64,000 bases of DNA. It comes from Octopus vulgaris (Eukaryota). Location: assembly GCA_951406725.2 (NCBI GenBank), contig OX597826.1, positions 62,310,001 through 62,374,000 of the forward strand. Reading direction: 5' to 3'. A model generated the notes under the pieces. The model made no database searches and had not been told where the DNA came from. It saw only the letters and a list, made by a program, of their open reading frames with translations. Positions 27,657-44,452 of this stretch are shown piece by piece (the stretch's first letter is position 1; each line of letters opens with the position of its first letter). Position numbers and translations under genes: made by a program.

Positions 27657-28533
27657 GTATATGTATGTGTGTGTGTATGTGCACGCACATGTTTGTGTGT
27701 GTGTGCGTGTGTTATGGGATAAACTGAAATACATCTACTTGTGTGTCAGTGTATAAGTTTACGATGGAGGTGGAGAGGTTAAATTTGCGAAAATGTGAAG
27801 ACCGACAAGAAATATCTGATACCAAAATTGAGCAACAAATCAACTACGCCATAAATGTCGTTTAAATTTATAATTACTTTTCTGTATCATATATAAACAC
27901 ACACACACAAACACACACAGACTCATAATTTGTTCATATATATATTTATATATGTATGTATGGGTGAGTGCATATTTATGCTTTTTATATGTGTGCATGT
28001 GTGTATGCATATATATGGAAGTAGGTAGATGATTGTGAGAATGAGTGTAATAATTTGTATATTTCTCTATAATTACCACAGCCATAAAAAATCTATATAA
28101 AATCCTATATAACTGCACGTACACATGTATATATGTACATACATAAATACGTGCACGTTTTTACGCTTTTTCTTCTTTCTCTATTTCTGTTCCATCTCAA
28201 GCAGGCTCGATACGTTAAAGGCTTTTCCATTTTCCCCAGCCTCAAAATACTACACTTGGTTGTTTACCCTCCGCCTGTCTTACTCTTTTGTTTTTCTCTA
28301 AATTTGAATTATATATATATATATATATATATAATATGTATATATAATATATATATGTGTGTGTGTGTATGTATGTATTTTTATATATACACACACATAA
28401 TGCATATGTATATAAACCTACTTATATAAATAACAAGGAGTGTATATGTGTGTAAGCATGTATATACTAATTCCCTCTTGTGAACATCTTATACTGAACT
28501 TTACTATTGCTCTCTACTTAACTTTCTGATATC

Positions 28534-28581
28534 GTCTCTGATGAAGGGATGCCCCTAATATCCCAGAAACAGCTGTAAGAC
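28534..28581 (+). ncRNA. Minimal type-I hammerhead ribozyme motif
   Basis: GTCT|CTGATGA|A|GGGAT-gcccctaat-ATCCC|A|GAAA|C-AGCT-G|TA|AGAC: stems I, II and III all pair; predicted cleavage after GUA (28577). Confidence 0.85.
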
Positions 28582-29954
28582 TACCTTTCTCTTTATAAAT
28601 GTCCTATAAGTTCCTCGCAGCTTTGGCTTTGTTGTCTCATTTTATTTAACACACACACTCATATATATAGTTACATGGACACAGCTATACATGTGTATAT
28701 ATGTGCGTATTTGTGTGTATGAGTATGTATATAGTTAATTTCTCTGTGGTAATTTCTCTGTGTTTGGATTTTGAGGTATTAATATTTGGAATTACCTTCT
28801 GAGCAACAGTATTTTGCTCCTTGCATTATCTCTAACTTGATTCTCTGCATTAAATATCTGATCTCAAACCCCTTCTGTATCTCATTGATCTTCATGTAAT
28901 CCCTGTCAGAAGGGTACAGTAATGAAAGTTTTGGTATGAAAAATGGGCATGGTCTTGTGTCTTTCAAATATTTTGGGTGGATTTGTGGGGAATAAGAGAG
29001 GTAGATTCACGTAGAGTTAAACGGCAATATCAAATAACGGCTAAGCAAATCGTCTGCTGTGACCTCTGGCTAAAAGTAGGAGAATACAGGTCTGTAGTAT
29101 GTCACTACGATGCACAATCCACTCCATTCCATTTTTAAATGTAAATAGGGGTATGGAAATATGAGGAATAGATATTCCAATATAATCAGCTGTAAATTTT
29201 ACAGAATATTTCACATGAATTCTCTTACATGCAATGGCGTTAGAAGCATAGTGCTACCGAAACAATTGTAACTAGTAATAAAGATGTTCTAAATTCATTT
29301 TCAGTCTTCATGATTAGATTACATTCAGCGCCATGTAACTTGAATTTTCGCGGGCCTCAAACAGAAAACCCGTCTTCTTCGGGCTTAGATTACCGAATGA
29401 AAGACACAAAATCCAAGGTGTCTGCCGGAAAATAAGATGCCATTGATCAAGACGGTGTTGTCAGCGTAAGGTCAGTTTCTCAGCAACGGCAGTTCCTTTA
29501 TTTGAGGTCAATTTCTTTGACCGCGTAGCTAGACAGGAGGTGGCTTTTAAATGTATGGGTGCGGCAGAAACCAGGTTAAGGTCGATTGTTTATACACATA
29601 TTATTATGTGTGAATATATATGTATATATATATATATGTGTGTGTGTGAATGTCATGCGTGTGTATAAAGGATGCATACATACGCACACACGTGTGTGTG
29701 TGTGTGTGACTGTGCGTTTGTTTTTTAACGAAAAGATATATATAAACATAATTTAACGTTAAATAGAAAGATTGCTAAATAATTTTAAGGCGGTATATTT
29801 TCAACTTTTGCAAGGAAAGGTGTGAGGAAAAGAGACTTAGAACTTTCGACTTGAAAGCGAGCAGACATTTTCAGCCTGACAGCGAGCAGACATTTTCCCA
29901 TCTAAAATTTAAAATATACATACGCATAAATTTATATATATACACACACACACA

Positions 29955-29990
<36 letters not shown>

Positions 29991-30557
29991 TGTATGTATG
30001 TATGTATGTATGTATGTATGCGGTCGTGTGTGTATGCGCGAGTGTGCAAGTATGGGTATTATGAACACATGTATGTATGTAGGCACATAGAGTTGGCAGG
30101 TAGGTTGATATTCATATTTGTTTCCGTCTGTGTGTATGCGTCCGTGTATATATTACCGTCAAAGAAGTTAACAGATGAGTGCCGTAGTCTTTAGGTTATA
30201 GCTGGAAACAGAAATAAAATTTTTATCGATTCCTGGTGTTGACAAAGCCATCATAAATTCTCAGATAAAATCTTTTGAATTTACGAGTCACACACGCACA
30301 ACTTCGCAAATGATCATAAAACGTAGTGGTGTATTTGTGAGATATATCAAGCATAGCAGAAGTGCAACGTAACTCAAGCTCAGCAGAACCGAAGTGCAGT
30401 TAACTGAAATGAATTGCTTACGACCGGAAATCCATTTTAATCCTTGGGTTTAACACGCCACTTTTCTAATCACACTTGATGTAAAACTCATACCGTTTGC
30501 TTAATACATCTCTTTTATGTCGGGCTAGTGGCAGAAAATTGAACATTATTATTATTA

Positions 30558-30597
<40 letters not shown>

Positions 30598-30604
30598 CAT
30601 TATT

Positions 30605-31140
<536 letters not shown>

Positions 31141-32437
31141 AAGTGTCCAATGGACAAGCCTTGCTGTATTGTCGTGGCGTTTCATATAGCTTCTGGGCTA
31201 GTGGCGTATAATGCCATTCATCCTTTCGAGGTCGATAAATTAAATACCTGTTGCGTACTGGTGTCAATCTAATATGCGTATGTATGTATGTATGTATATA
31301 TGCACATAGGTATAAACATACATATTCTGTATCATGCTGATTTCTGCCTTCGAATTCTGTTATGACATTACGTCTTCCTGATATACGCTAGAAATTACGC
31401 GCTACTTCAACGAGGAAATTGAATGGACAATTAAATGCTCATCGTCGCAAACGTAGGATGACCCATCTTCTTATACCTTCATATGTTTTCTCCATACAAC
31501 TTTATTGTATGTTTACATCTTTAAAAAAATGTTGCATCTTTAGATCTTTCTGCGATGAACGGAGCTTTCGTTATATCTTTCTATTAAACAATGCGTTGAA
31601 AGTAATTTGGTTATAAATAGAAGCCAGGGAATTTATAAGCCGGATCTAACGTAGTTGTCATAGAAACTAAAAACCAAATTGATTTGGATATGAAGTCAGT
31701 AAAGCTTGTGCAAATTTCGTGTATGGTTGGTTAGTAGTAATAGAAATGACCAGAAGTGATTTAGTACTACCAAAGCAAATCTACTTTATGTCTTGTCTTC
31801 TGAAGTTCGATAAACATGATCAATAGCTGTTTAGGATTACCAAGATTTTGATGATTTTCTCCTTCATCTCAAGAATTTGTCGCAAAAGAATGAAGACAAA
31901 CACAAGATAATTTGGCGCAATCGTATTTCGAGATAGTATTTTTTCTTATTTTGTATTTATCTTTATACATTTCTGACATTACATTTAAGATTATCAAATA
32001 TATTTTAGCTTATATCCTCGACAACATTATCAAATAAGACTGGACTATATTTTTTCCTGAACTGTCTGAAGTAATTGTTGTTTTTGATATTGATAAGGAA
32101 TTGTTTATGTCTCTCTTATTCGTTTTGCGATATCCTTAATAATCAGACGTAGTACAAGAGGCTGCCTGTAATAATGGAAATATTGTTCGCATCAAAATAT
32201 ATATTGAGAGACAAAGTTATATCAAGTACCACAAAACACCACTTCTTCATGTCTCATGATTACCAAATAGCAATTAATATCAGCTCCATATGAGGAGAGG
32301 AGGTCAAACTTAAGATGTGAGACTTCTTCAAAATGTGATTTTGCCTCAAAAGGCGTCTTTAGCACGAAAATCATCCAACCAATTTCCAGTAGCAAAGGAG
32401 AAAAAAACGTAGAACACAGGTCTGGGTAATTTCCATA

Positions 32438-32760
32438 TGTGGCACTCCGTCAGTTACGACGACGAGTGTTCCAGTTGATCTGATCAACGGAACAGCCTGC
32501 TCATGTAAATTAACATACTCATGGCTGAGTACTCCACAGATACATGTTCCTTTAGCGTAGTTCTGAGTGAAATTCAGCGTGACAAAGAGTGTAACAAGGC
32601 TGGTCCTTTGAATTACTATTACTATGCATGTTTGCCAGCTGAGTAGACTGGAGCCACGTGAAAAAAAGTGACTTGCTCAAGAGAACAACGCGTCGCGGGG
32701 ACTTGAACTCATGGTCTTGTAATCATGAACTGAATGCCCTAACCATTAAGCCACGCGCAT
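32438..32760 (-). mobile_element. tRNA-derived SINE family D
   Basis: Minus strand starts GCGCGTGGCTTAATGGTTAGGGC (A box)...GAGTTCAAGTCCC (B box)...GTTCTCTTGAGCAAGTCACTT; related copy at 55450. Confidence 0.8.
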
Positions 32761-32864
32761 TTAGCGGTAATTTTAATGATTTAAACAAAAAAATACCAAT
32801 TTCTCTTAGTCATAGCTGTAATATTACGTTGCATCTATGAAAGCAAAATAAACTGATAAATAAT

Positions 32865-33040
32865 ATTGGTTTCAAGTGGATTACGTCGATTACTTGGCCG
32901 GTACATTATTTATCGATGCAGGAAAGATGAAAGGCAAAGTCAACCTCAGTCGAATTTGAACTCAGAACGTAAAGAGCCTTAAGAAATGTTGCTAAGCATT
33001 TCCTGACGTGCTAACTGTCCGGCCAGTTCACCGACCGCCT
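32865..33040 (-). mobile_element. SINE family B
   Basis: Reverse complement contains AAATGCTTAGC, CGTTCTGAGTTCAAATTC and GTTGACTTTGCCTTTCATC, as at 5554. Confidence 0.78.
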
Positions 33041-33109
33041 TATGTGTACATGATATGTGTGTGTGTGTGTGTGTGTGCGTGCGTGCGTGCATGTGTATAA
33101 ATATATACA

Positions 33110-33348
33110 TTCTTTTATTCGTTTATTCTTATACTTGTTTCAGTCATTTGACTACGGTCATGCTGGAGCACCGCCTTTTGTTTTCCTTGTAAGCCTAGTA
33201 CTTATTCGATCGGTCATCTTTTGCCGAATCGCTAAGTTACGGGGACGTAAATACACCAGCATCGGCTGTCAAGCGATGTTGGGGGGACAAACACATACAC
33301 AAACATATGCACACACATACATACAGACACACACACACACATATACAT

Positions 33349-33384
<36 letters not shown>

Positions 33385-33474
33385 GACGGGCTCCTTTCAG
33401 TTTCCGTCTATCAAATGCACATACACAAACATATACACACACATACATACAGACACACACACACACATATACAT

Positions 33475-33510
<36 letters not shown>

Positions 33511-33600
33511 GACGGGCTCCTTTCAGTTTCCGTCTATCAAATGCACATACACAAACATATACACACACATACATACAGACACACACACACACATATACAT

Positions 33601-33640
<40 letters not shown>

Positions 33641-33730
33641 GACGGGCTCCTTTCAGTTTCCGTCTATCAAATGCACATACACAAACATATACACACACAT
33701 GCATACAGACACACACACACACATATACAT

Positions 33731-33772
<42 letters not shown>

Positions 33773-33860
33773 CGGGCTCCTTTCAGTTTCCGTCTATCAA
33801 ATGCACATACACAAACATATACACACACATACATACAGACACACACACACACATATACAT

Positions 33861-33898
<38 letters not shown>

Positions 33899-33988
33899 GA
33901 CGGGCTCCTTTCAGTTTCCGTCTATCAAATGCACATACACAAACATATACACACACATACATACAGACACACACACACACATATACAT

Positions 33989-34032
<44 letters not shown>

Positions 34033-34120
34033 CGGGCTCCTTTCAGTTTCCGTCTATCAAATGCACATACACAAACATATACACACACATACATACAGAC
34101 ACACACACACACATATACAT

Positions 34121-34156
<36 letters not shown>

Positions 34157-34246
34157 GACGGGCTCCTTTCAGTTTCCGTCTATCAAATGCACATACACAA
34201 ACATATACACACACATACATACAGACACACACACACACATATACAT

Positions 34247-34282
<36 letters not shown>

Positions 34283-34372
34283 GACGGGCTCCTTTCAGTT
34301 TCCGTCTATCAAATGCACATACACAAACATATACACACACATACATACAGACACACACACACACATATACAT

Positions 34373-34410
<38 letters not shown>

Positions 34411-34500
34411 GACGGGCTCCTTTCAGTTTCCGTCTATCAAATGCACATACACAAACATATACACACACATACATACAGACACACACACACACATATACAT

Positions 34501-34538
<38 letters not shown>

Positions 34539-34628
34539 GACGGGCTCCTTTCAGTTTCCGTCTATCAAATGCACATACACAAACATATACACACACATAC
34601 ATACAGACACACACACACACATATACAT

Positions 34629-34670
<42 letters not shown>

Positions 34671-34800
34671 CGGGCTCCTTTCAGTTTCCGTCTATCAAAT
34701 GCACTCATAAGGTGTAGGTCGGGCCGAGGCTATAGAAGAAAACACTTGCCCAGTGCATCACGCGGTGGTTGGTAAGTAAGCTTCTTACCACACAGCCACC
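33110..34800 (-). mobile_element. SINE family A, head to tail, with internally amplified segment
   Basis: Head GTGGCTGTGTGGTAAGAAGCTTACTTACCAACCAC at ~34800 (minus); tail GACTGAAACAAGTATAAGAATAA at ~33125. Confidence 0.85.
33290..34705. repeat. Tandem array of 11 units of ~126-132 bp inside a SINE
   Basis: GACGGGCTCCTTTCAGTTTCCGTCTATCAAATGCAC at 33385, 33511, 33641, 33771, 33899, 34031, 34157, 34283, 34411, 34539 and 34669, separated by nearly identical (CA)/(TA) tracts. Confidence 0.95.
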
Positions 34801-37004
34801 CTGTATCTGTCGAAATGAAAAATGTAAATGTTCTGTAATGGTCACTCGATACAGTTTCTAAATAACAGCTTTACTGGATAACTATAGTGCTCTCATCAAT
34901 ATATAGCACTGACCGTATATGATCACCACAGCTCTGCTCTTATCATTTCGCCATTGTATTTATGATTAGCCGTGTGTATCTTAGCATATGCGGTGTGTGT
35001 ATTTTCGCATATTACAGGAATAAAAAGGCAAGGAACATTTAGAAATATAAGAACTCATCACATATAGATTCCTATTATGAAAGTAATATCCATAAAATAT
35101 CAAAAGAGAGTAAAAAGAAACATAATAAAAAAAAAATTTTTTTCAGAGGAAGCAAATTGGCCAGGAATCAAAATATTCTTTGAAGAAATGGGAAAATTAT
35201 GAATAGGTAATCACACGATTTATGTTCCTGAGACCAATAGACATAATGTTAACTGTCCGAAATATGTTGTTTGCTTATATGTGTGTAGATATGGAAGGAT
35301 ATATAATGTGAACATATATATATACGTGAGTACATGAATGTGTGCGTTTGTGAGTGTATGTTTGTGTGCGCGCAATGTCTAGGTTTTTTTTCTCTCTTTG
35401 ATTCTGTTTTAGATTCTTCTAACGAATCCATCATGTTCAATCAAACAGCCACATTCTGAATTGTCTGTGGAAAGCTTGTTATCTTGGTTGATGAAGTCAA
35501 ATCTGTATTTTGGTGTCTTCAATTCTACTTTATCTATCAGGTTATTAAAAATAAATGTGTTTTTCTTGTGTCTCATATATTTTTCATATTCACTTTCACT
35601 TGCTCATTCCGTTTGACAGTTAGCCAAGATGTTATGTTAGTCTTGGCATAATCTTCTCTTTATATATTACCTTCTTTTTCTGTCTATCATTATTCTTTCA
35701 ATTATGAGTGAAATTCCTTTCAACTATATATACTTCCGCTTCTATCAACGCGTTTTACTTTGTCTTACATTGAGCTGAAATATATAACAACTTACTACTA
35801 TTGCAAAAGCAATCGATCTTGCTTCCTGCCCTCAACAAATGACATTTTTTATTCAATATTTTCCTCTTAATTTCTCCTCGCTGCTTAATACATAGTAATC
35901 ATGAACTGGAAGAAAGTGGTCTTAATTTGATACAGAAAGTTGGCACGTACTGTAAGAGCAGCGTACTAAATTTCTTATATAACATTCTTTACGGTTTCTA
36001 CATTTCACTGTTTCCTAAGGAAATTATGCCGCTTTTAATAATTCAAAGTGGATGAAGAAACGGCTAGTAATATACCAGATTATTTCGAACTTATTCTTTA
36101 ATTCACGATGGGATTATTTCTTATAATAGACATATCAAACTTTTATATTAATATTTTCTATTTATATTTTATTTCACTTCATAGAGAGGTGTTAGAAATA
36201 TCAAGTAATTATTCCTCAAACCTCGCCAGTTTGTGAACTCAAGAAAAGTGAAAATAACATTAAACAATGTCCAAGATGCCTCTTGGAAGTTGGGTTTCTC
36301 AATCGTTAGTATTGCCCAAGTTATTTACAATTAAAACGAGATTGCAGAAACTGTAAAGCTCCTGGATGATTGAATGCATAATGTTTGATGAAATAACCAA
36401 CTGAGATTAATGGAACTCCACCTGGTTTTTATAGAATGGCTTGAATACATGTGTGCAGAATAGAGTATCGGTGATGCACCCCAGACTTCGAATTTTACAC
36501 CTGTATGCTACTCTAAAGTACCAGGAGTTTACTCAGGAGTTTTACGCCAATATGTCGATCTAAAGTTCTAGCAATATAGCTAGGACGATGATTGTACCAT
36601 ATGTGTGTAAAGTACGTCTCAAATCAGATCTCAAGAGAGTATATTTGACACGGTGCAGTACCTTGTCAGAGATACTCCATTACCATTGCTACTAGAATAA
36701 GAGATCGATATGCACCTATACTGTTGAACATTTACTGGTCGAGCAGAGGTTCCATCTGTGGCCATTCCATCGTTACGAATAATTTAAACCTAGATCTCAT
36801 AGGAAAAGAAACATTCTAGCTGTGATATTTCCGCTGTTGTTGATAGTTACATCTAAAAGTCAGCCATTTGAGAGACACTCCAGCCGCAACCACCCCAATG
36901 ATATATACTGTTCAGCCCTAGGTCAGCTAGCAGACAGACATTCCAAACACGACCAGCTAACCTCCAGGGGGAAACCAGCTACAGCACACACATGCTCTCT
37001 CTCG

Positions 37005-37055
<51 letters not shown>

Positions 37056-37344
37056 CTATATCCATTTGTAACATTTGATCTACTCTATGTACAAGCTAGA
37101 TTTGGGTTCCATTGTCTTATGGGGAAATCGCAAAACATACACACCTACATACCCCTACATACTCACGCCCGCATACCCCTACATAGACGCACCCTTACAT
37201 TTAACCATATTGGCAGCAGAGGAAATAAATATGTGAATACTCATCAACAAACATCGGACATACAGACCAAGGTAATTCTCTCTTCTACACCGAATACGCC
37301 TGTGTCCTATCCCACCTTTCCGTCTCCTCCAACTTCATATTCTC

Positions 37345-39915
<2,571 letters not shown>

Positions 39916-40054
39916 TCTATATAAACAATACGTCTGTCTCGCATCTATAACTATGCCTTATATCTAAAACATCTCACATCTATACTCATACTGCAGTTAT
40001 TTATTCGCGTTTCTGAATTTCTTCTATCTGTCTGTCAGTTTCTCTGTCTACCTT

Positions 40055-40169
<115 letters not shown>

Positions 40170-40408
40170 GTCTGTCTACCTGTATGTTTGTTTATTTATC
40201 TATCTATCTTCACTTCTCATTACGTCCTCCTCCTCCTCCTCCTACACCTCGACCTCATTTTCCTCTTTGCTACAGCAACTATCTTACCAAACCTTTCTAT
40301 TTTCTCCCCGTATTACATCACATCCATTATGTAGCCATCATCTTCTTGACCAGACAATATCACTTGAGATACCTTGTACAGCGCCTGCACCTGCGTCTTT
40401 CTTTGTCT

Positions 40409-40444
<36 letters not shown>

Positions 40445-41249
40445 AACTCTCTCTCATCCTCCTGCTTCCGTGTCTCCGTTACATTTCGTTTTGTAGTATA
40501 TATCACAGGAACTATACTTACTACACGTTATATGACCTTACAATGACAGATACGGTCGTGGAATAGATTACAATAATAGCACATAGAACTATAATATGTA
40601 TTCTTCAGCCAGATAAATACAGCACCCAAATTTCCTTGAAATTACAAACTATCTTCTTAGAATAAGAAGATGTCAGATTTTTAATTATAGATGTTTTTGA
40701 AATAAGACGATCTGTAATTATACAACAAGAACAACAGCTATAAAATAACAATAACAACAACAACAAAAGCAATAATAGTAAGATAAACCATGGCAGTAGC
40801 AACAAAGTGATAACAGAATATTCTGAAGGCTGTAAGTCGGTGGATAGATCTGTTAAAACCACATGACATAACTCTCTGAAATCAATTGCGAACGTTCTAA
40901 AAGAAGAAGAATGGACAAATTGATTTCGTAAACTTTAACAAGACAACTCCTTTAACAAGACAAGATGGCAACACTTGAAATGATTTAACCATAGGTCGGC
41001 TCGACCACAGATCGATTAGGATATAACAACAGCAATTTGTTAAATTCTAGATGCCATTTCTATATCTTTCACAAAAACAAGAACAACAGCAATGATGCCG
41101 GCAACAATTCTATGCATATGCAGGTTCACTGATGAAGCGAGCGATGACAGTTTCCCTTCGTCAACAGTCCTGGCAGAAATAGCAGCCATATTTCCCTCTA
41201 AGAAGATTGTACTTTGCTTAAAAATAATAATAGTAGTCGTTTCTACTTT

Positions 41250-41470
41250 CGGTACTGGGTTAGTAAGTTTGAGGGGGTGGTCAGCCCATTACGTTGACCC
41301 AGGATTTGACTTGTACTGTATCTTATAGTTCCACGATAGTATGAGAGTCAAACTGACCTGACCTCGACGGGATTTGAATTCTACTTGTTAATGAACTAGA
41401 AGTAATGCCGCATGGTCTTTATTCTTCCAGCCTTTCACATTCTGAGCTCAAATTCGGTTAAACTCACCAC
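41250..41470 (-). mobile_element. SINE family B, degenerate
   Basis: GACCTCGACGGGATTTGAA and TTGACTTGTACTGTATCTTAT match the reverse complement of the family B core. Confidence 0.45.
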
Positions 41471-42238
41471 GATGCTTACTGTGATCCGACATACTTTAAA
41501 CTTTAAAAAATAAGGCGTGATGGTCATGAGAAGAGTCTCTGATCTCAGGTCTATTGTATCATACCTATCATTTACAAAACAATATCGTCACTATACAGGA
41601 CCTAAATAAACTGAAATCTGGAGAGAAAGGTTACCTAGAAGTGGATATGCTAGTAACTTTGGTATAATTCACGGTTCTTAAAATCATAAACTGGTTCTAT
41701 ACCTTACACAATAAAGAACAGTAGAAACCAGATATCAGCAACCTTTGTCGAGAAGTGGGCCGCAGCAGACATAATTCAACGTCAATCGAACTGTGCTACC
41801 AAGAAACTTCAACGTAATCTTTCATTAGGCGTGCCGTAGTTTGCCTACAACTTTATATTACAAATGTTTCACAATGCTTATTTCTTCTTCGACTCTAAAG
41901 TAATATTTTCCTCTTGCTTTCATCTCTCGGGCGACAAAAGAAATAAATATCAATTGTAGTGCTCCTGTGTAACCCCATATTCGGTCAGACTCATCGACTG
42001 ATATTTACAAGGTTATAATCGATAGCGTTCGAGTCACGTCGTCTCATTTTCCAAAAAATGCATCTATGATCACTTACAGTACGTGTCCTAATTTATAGTG
42101 CCGGGGGTTTTATATGAGGGTTATCTATGTCCCATCTTTAAAAGGCTAAGCAACCATATTAATGTATGTATACATATACATATATAAATATATACGTGTG
42201 CGTGTTTGTGCTTGTGAGTATGTATTATATAATTTATA

Positions 42239-42634
42239 TCTTTATCTATAAAAGTCAAGTTGTGTGTCTGTCTCCTACGATTTAGATTCCTAACTACTCC
42301 TACATTTTGCGGTGCAGTTTAACCAAAACCAGGTATCTTATAGTCGTGATTCATATCGAGCCCTTCTGGGTATTAGCGCGCGTCTACGATGAGTCTACGA
42401 TTTTAAAAAAAATTACCATCATATTTTTTCCATTTTAATGCATTTTTTCGCTATTATATAAGGGAAGTAACTCTCTAAGAATGTCTACGATGAGTCAACG
42501 ATTTAAAAAAAAATTTACCATAATTTTTTTCCATTTTTAATGCATTTTTTTGCTATTTTTTGACTATAACTCTAAAACTTACTTATCTAGTTATTTCCCT
42601 TTCAAATCCCAGCAACGCTGGGCGATACTGCTAG
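42239..42634 (+). mobile_element. Complete non-autonomous Helitron
   Basis: A|TC 5' end (TCTTTATCTATAAAAGTCAAGTTGTGTGTCTGTC), subterminal hairpin CCCAGC-AAC-GCTGGG, 3' CTAG|T; internal ~101-bp tandem duplication at 42382/42483. Confidence 0.88.
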
Positions 42635-43393
42635 TATTATATATATTAAATTATTTTCTACGATATATGCTCCATATGTGTGTGTGTAAACATGCATATA
42701 AAAGCTTTGCATATATTATGTAAATAATAAGTACAAAACTAAAAATGTAATATATAGATATAAAGTTACATCCAAGGATATTGAGTACTTTTATATAGGT
42801 GCGACTGCACTAAAAAATCTAAACAAGTTTAAGTAGGTGAACCTCATCCATTAAAAACAGATGTAAAGACTATACTATCAACTGGGAATTGATTAGTATT
42901 GCAAAACCTTACAGACCAGCAAATAATAAATGTGACTTAAGTATTGAGGAATTTTACGAAATTTTTACATCTCTGGGTAATATAATAAATTCTAGACAAG
43001 AAGAAGTTTTAAGATGCTTGCATATGAGAAAATTTACTGTTGCTCAATATAACTGAATTAAAAACATTTAAACGACGTAATGATTTTGAATAACTGACTA
43101 TAATGAATAAACTGATTGATTATCCAATCAATACTTGAATTGAAGATAGTTCGTGTCTAAATTAACATACAACTCCACATCATAAAACGAAAAAAAAAAA
43201 AATTCAGCATAAAACTTTTAAAGAGTTAAATCAAAAGATACTAAAGTGAAGACTCTGAAGAAACCGCATCGGTATTATAGTATGGTTACAATTGCAACTG
43301 TTACTAATCGATGCAGTACAAACCTGTGTAGGTCTATTTGAGGTTGTATTGAAATATGAAAAGGAATAAAAGGTAATGATAATGCTATTTCGT

Positions 43394-43432
<39 letters not shown>

Positions 43433-43577
43433 TATTATTATTATTACTATTATTATTATTATTATTGATATATATATAAATATTCATGCACACAGAAATG
43501 CACACACACACTGTCTTTCTTATACACACCACATACCACTCACACGTTCACACACACGTGTATACAGTAATATGATG

Positions 43578-43641
<64 letters not shown>

Positions 43642-43645
43642 TAAT

Positions 43646-44380
43646 CTGGATTTGCCCCAGCTAAAAACCTGGATTTGCCCCAGCAAAAACCTGGATTTGC
43701 CCCAGCAAAAACCTGGATTTACCCCAGCAAAAACTTGGATTTGCCCCAGGAAAAACCTGGATTTGCCCCAGGAGAAAACTGGTGGGAACACAAACCACCT
43801 CCAGTGCTTGAAAATGACCACATCTCACTCCTCTGGAACTTCACCATTCAAACTGACAGAAAAATTGATGCAAATAGGCCATACATCATATTGAAATACT
43901 TCAGACTAAGACCATGCCTCCTCATTGATATGACTGTCCCAATCGATATAAACGTATCTGTCAAGACCTACCAAAAACTGAACAAATATAAAGATCTTGA
44001 AATAGAAATCAGCAAAATGTGGAACTAAAAAATACCTGTTGTCATAGGTGCCCTTGGAATGATAGCGAAAGGGGCTGGTTGCTACCTAACTCAGATACCA
44101 GGAAACACAAAAATGGCAGAAATGCAAAAGATAGTGCTCATGGGAACTGCTCATATCCTACGCAAAATACTTTCTATGTAATCTCAGAGTTTAAAACAAA
44201 CATAATTTTCGTTTTTTTTTAAATTTTGGACATTCACTAGTACAACACCAAAAAAAAAAAACCCAAATATATAGCACTCTAGGCATAACAACAGCATGAA
44301 CTTCCAACCTGTTGTCTCTTGAAGTTTCTGGGTGAGACTTGGAGCCAACTTGTACAAATATAAAGCAAAAGTCAAACATA

Positions 44381-44381
<1 letters not shown>
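43646..44381 (+). mobile_element. R4/Dong-like non-LTR retrotransposon 3' end (restriction-like endonuclease domain) inserted in (TAA)n
   Basis: WWEHKPPPVLENDHISLLWNFTIQTDRKIDANRPYII...CLLIDMTVP.D.NV..K...KLNKYKDLEIEISKMW, then after a frameshift PVVIGALGMI...MQKIVLMGTAHILRKILSM*; (AAT)n on both flanks. Confidence 0.9.

Positions 44382-44452
<71 letters not shown>

Noticed and set aside
28779-28990. Possible minus-strand host exon (open frame ending AAG|GTAATT)
   Set aside because: A donor-like site is present, but the upstream pyrimidine tract ends in CAA rather than CAG and the peptide is unrecognisable.
33385-34705. Apparent CRISPR array (36-bp repeat, regular spacing)
   Set aside because: Spacers are near-identical microsatellite, the repeat is a piece of a eukaryotic SINE found elsewhere in the window, and there are no cas genes.
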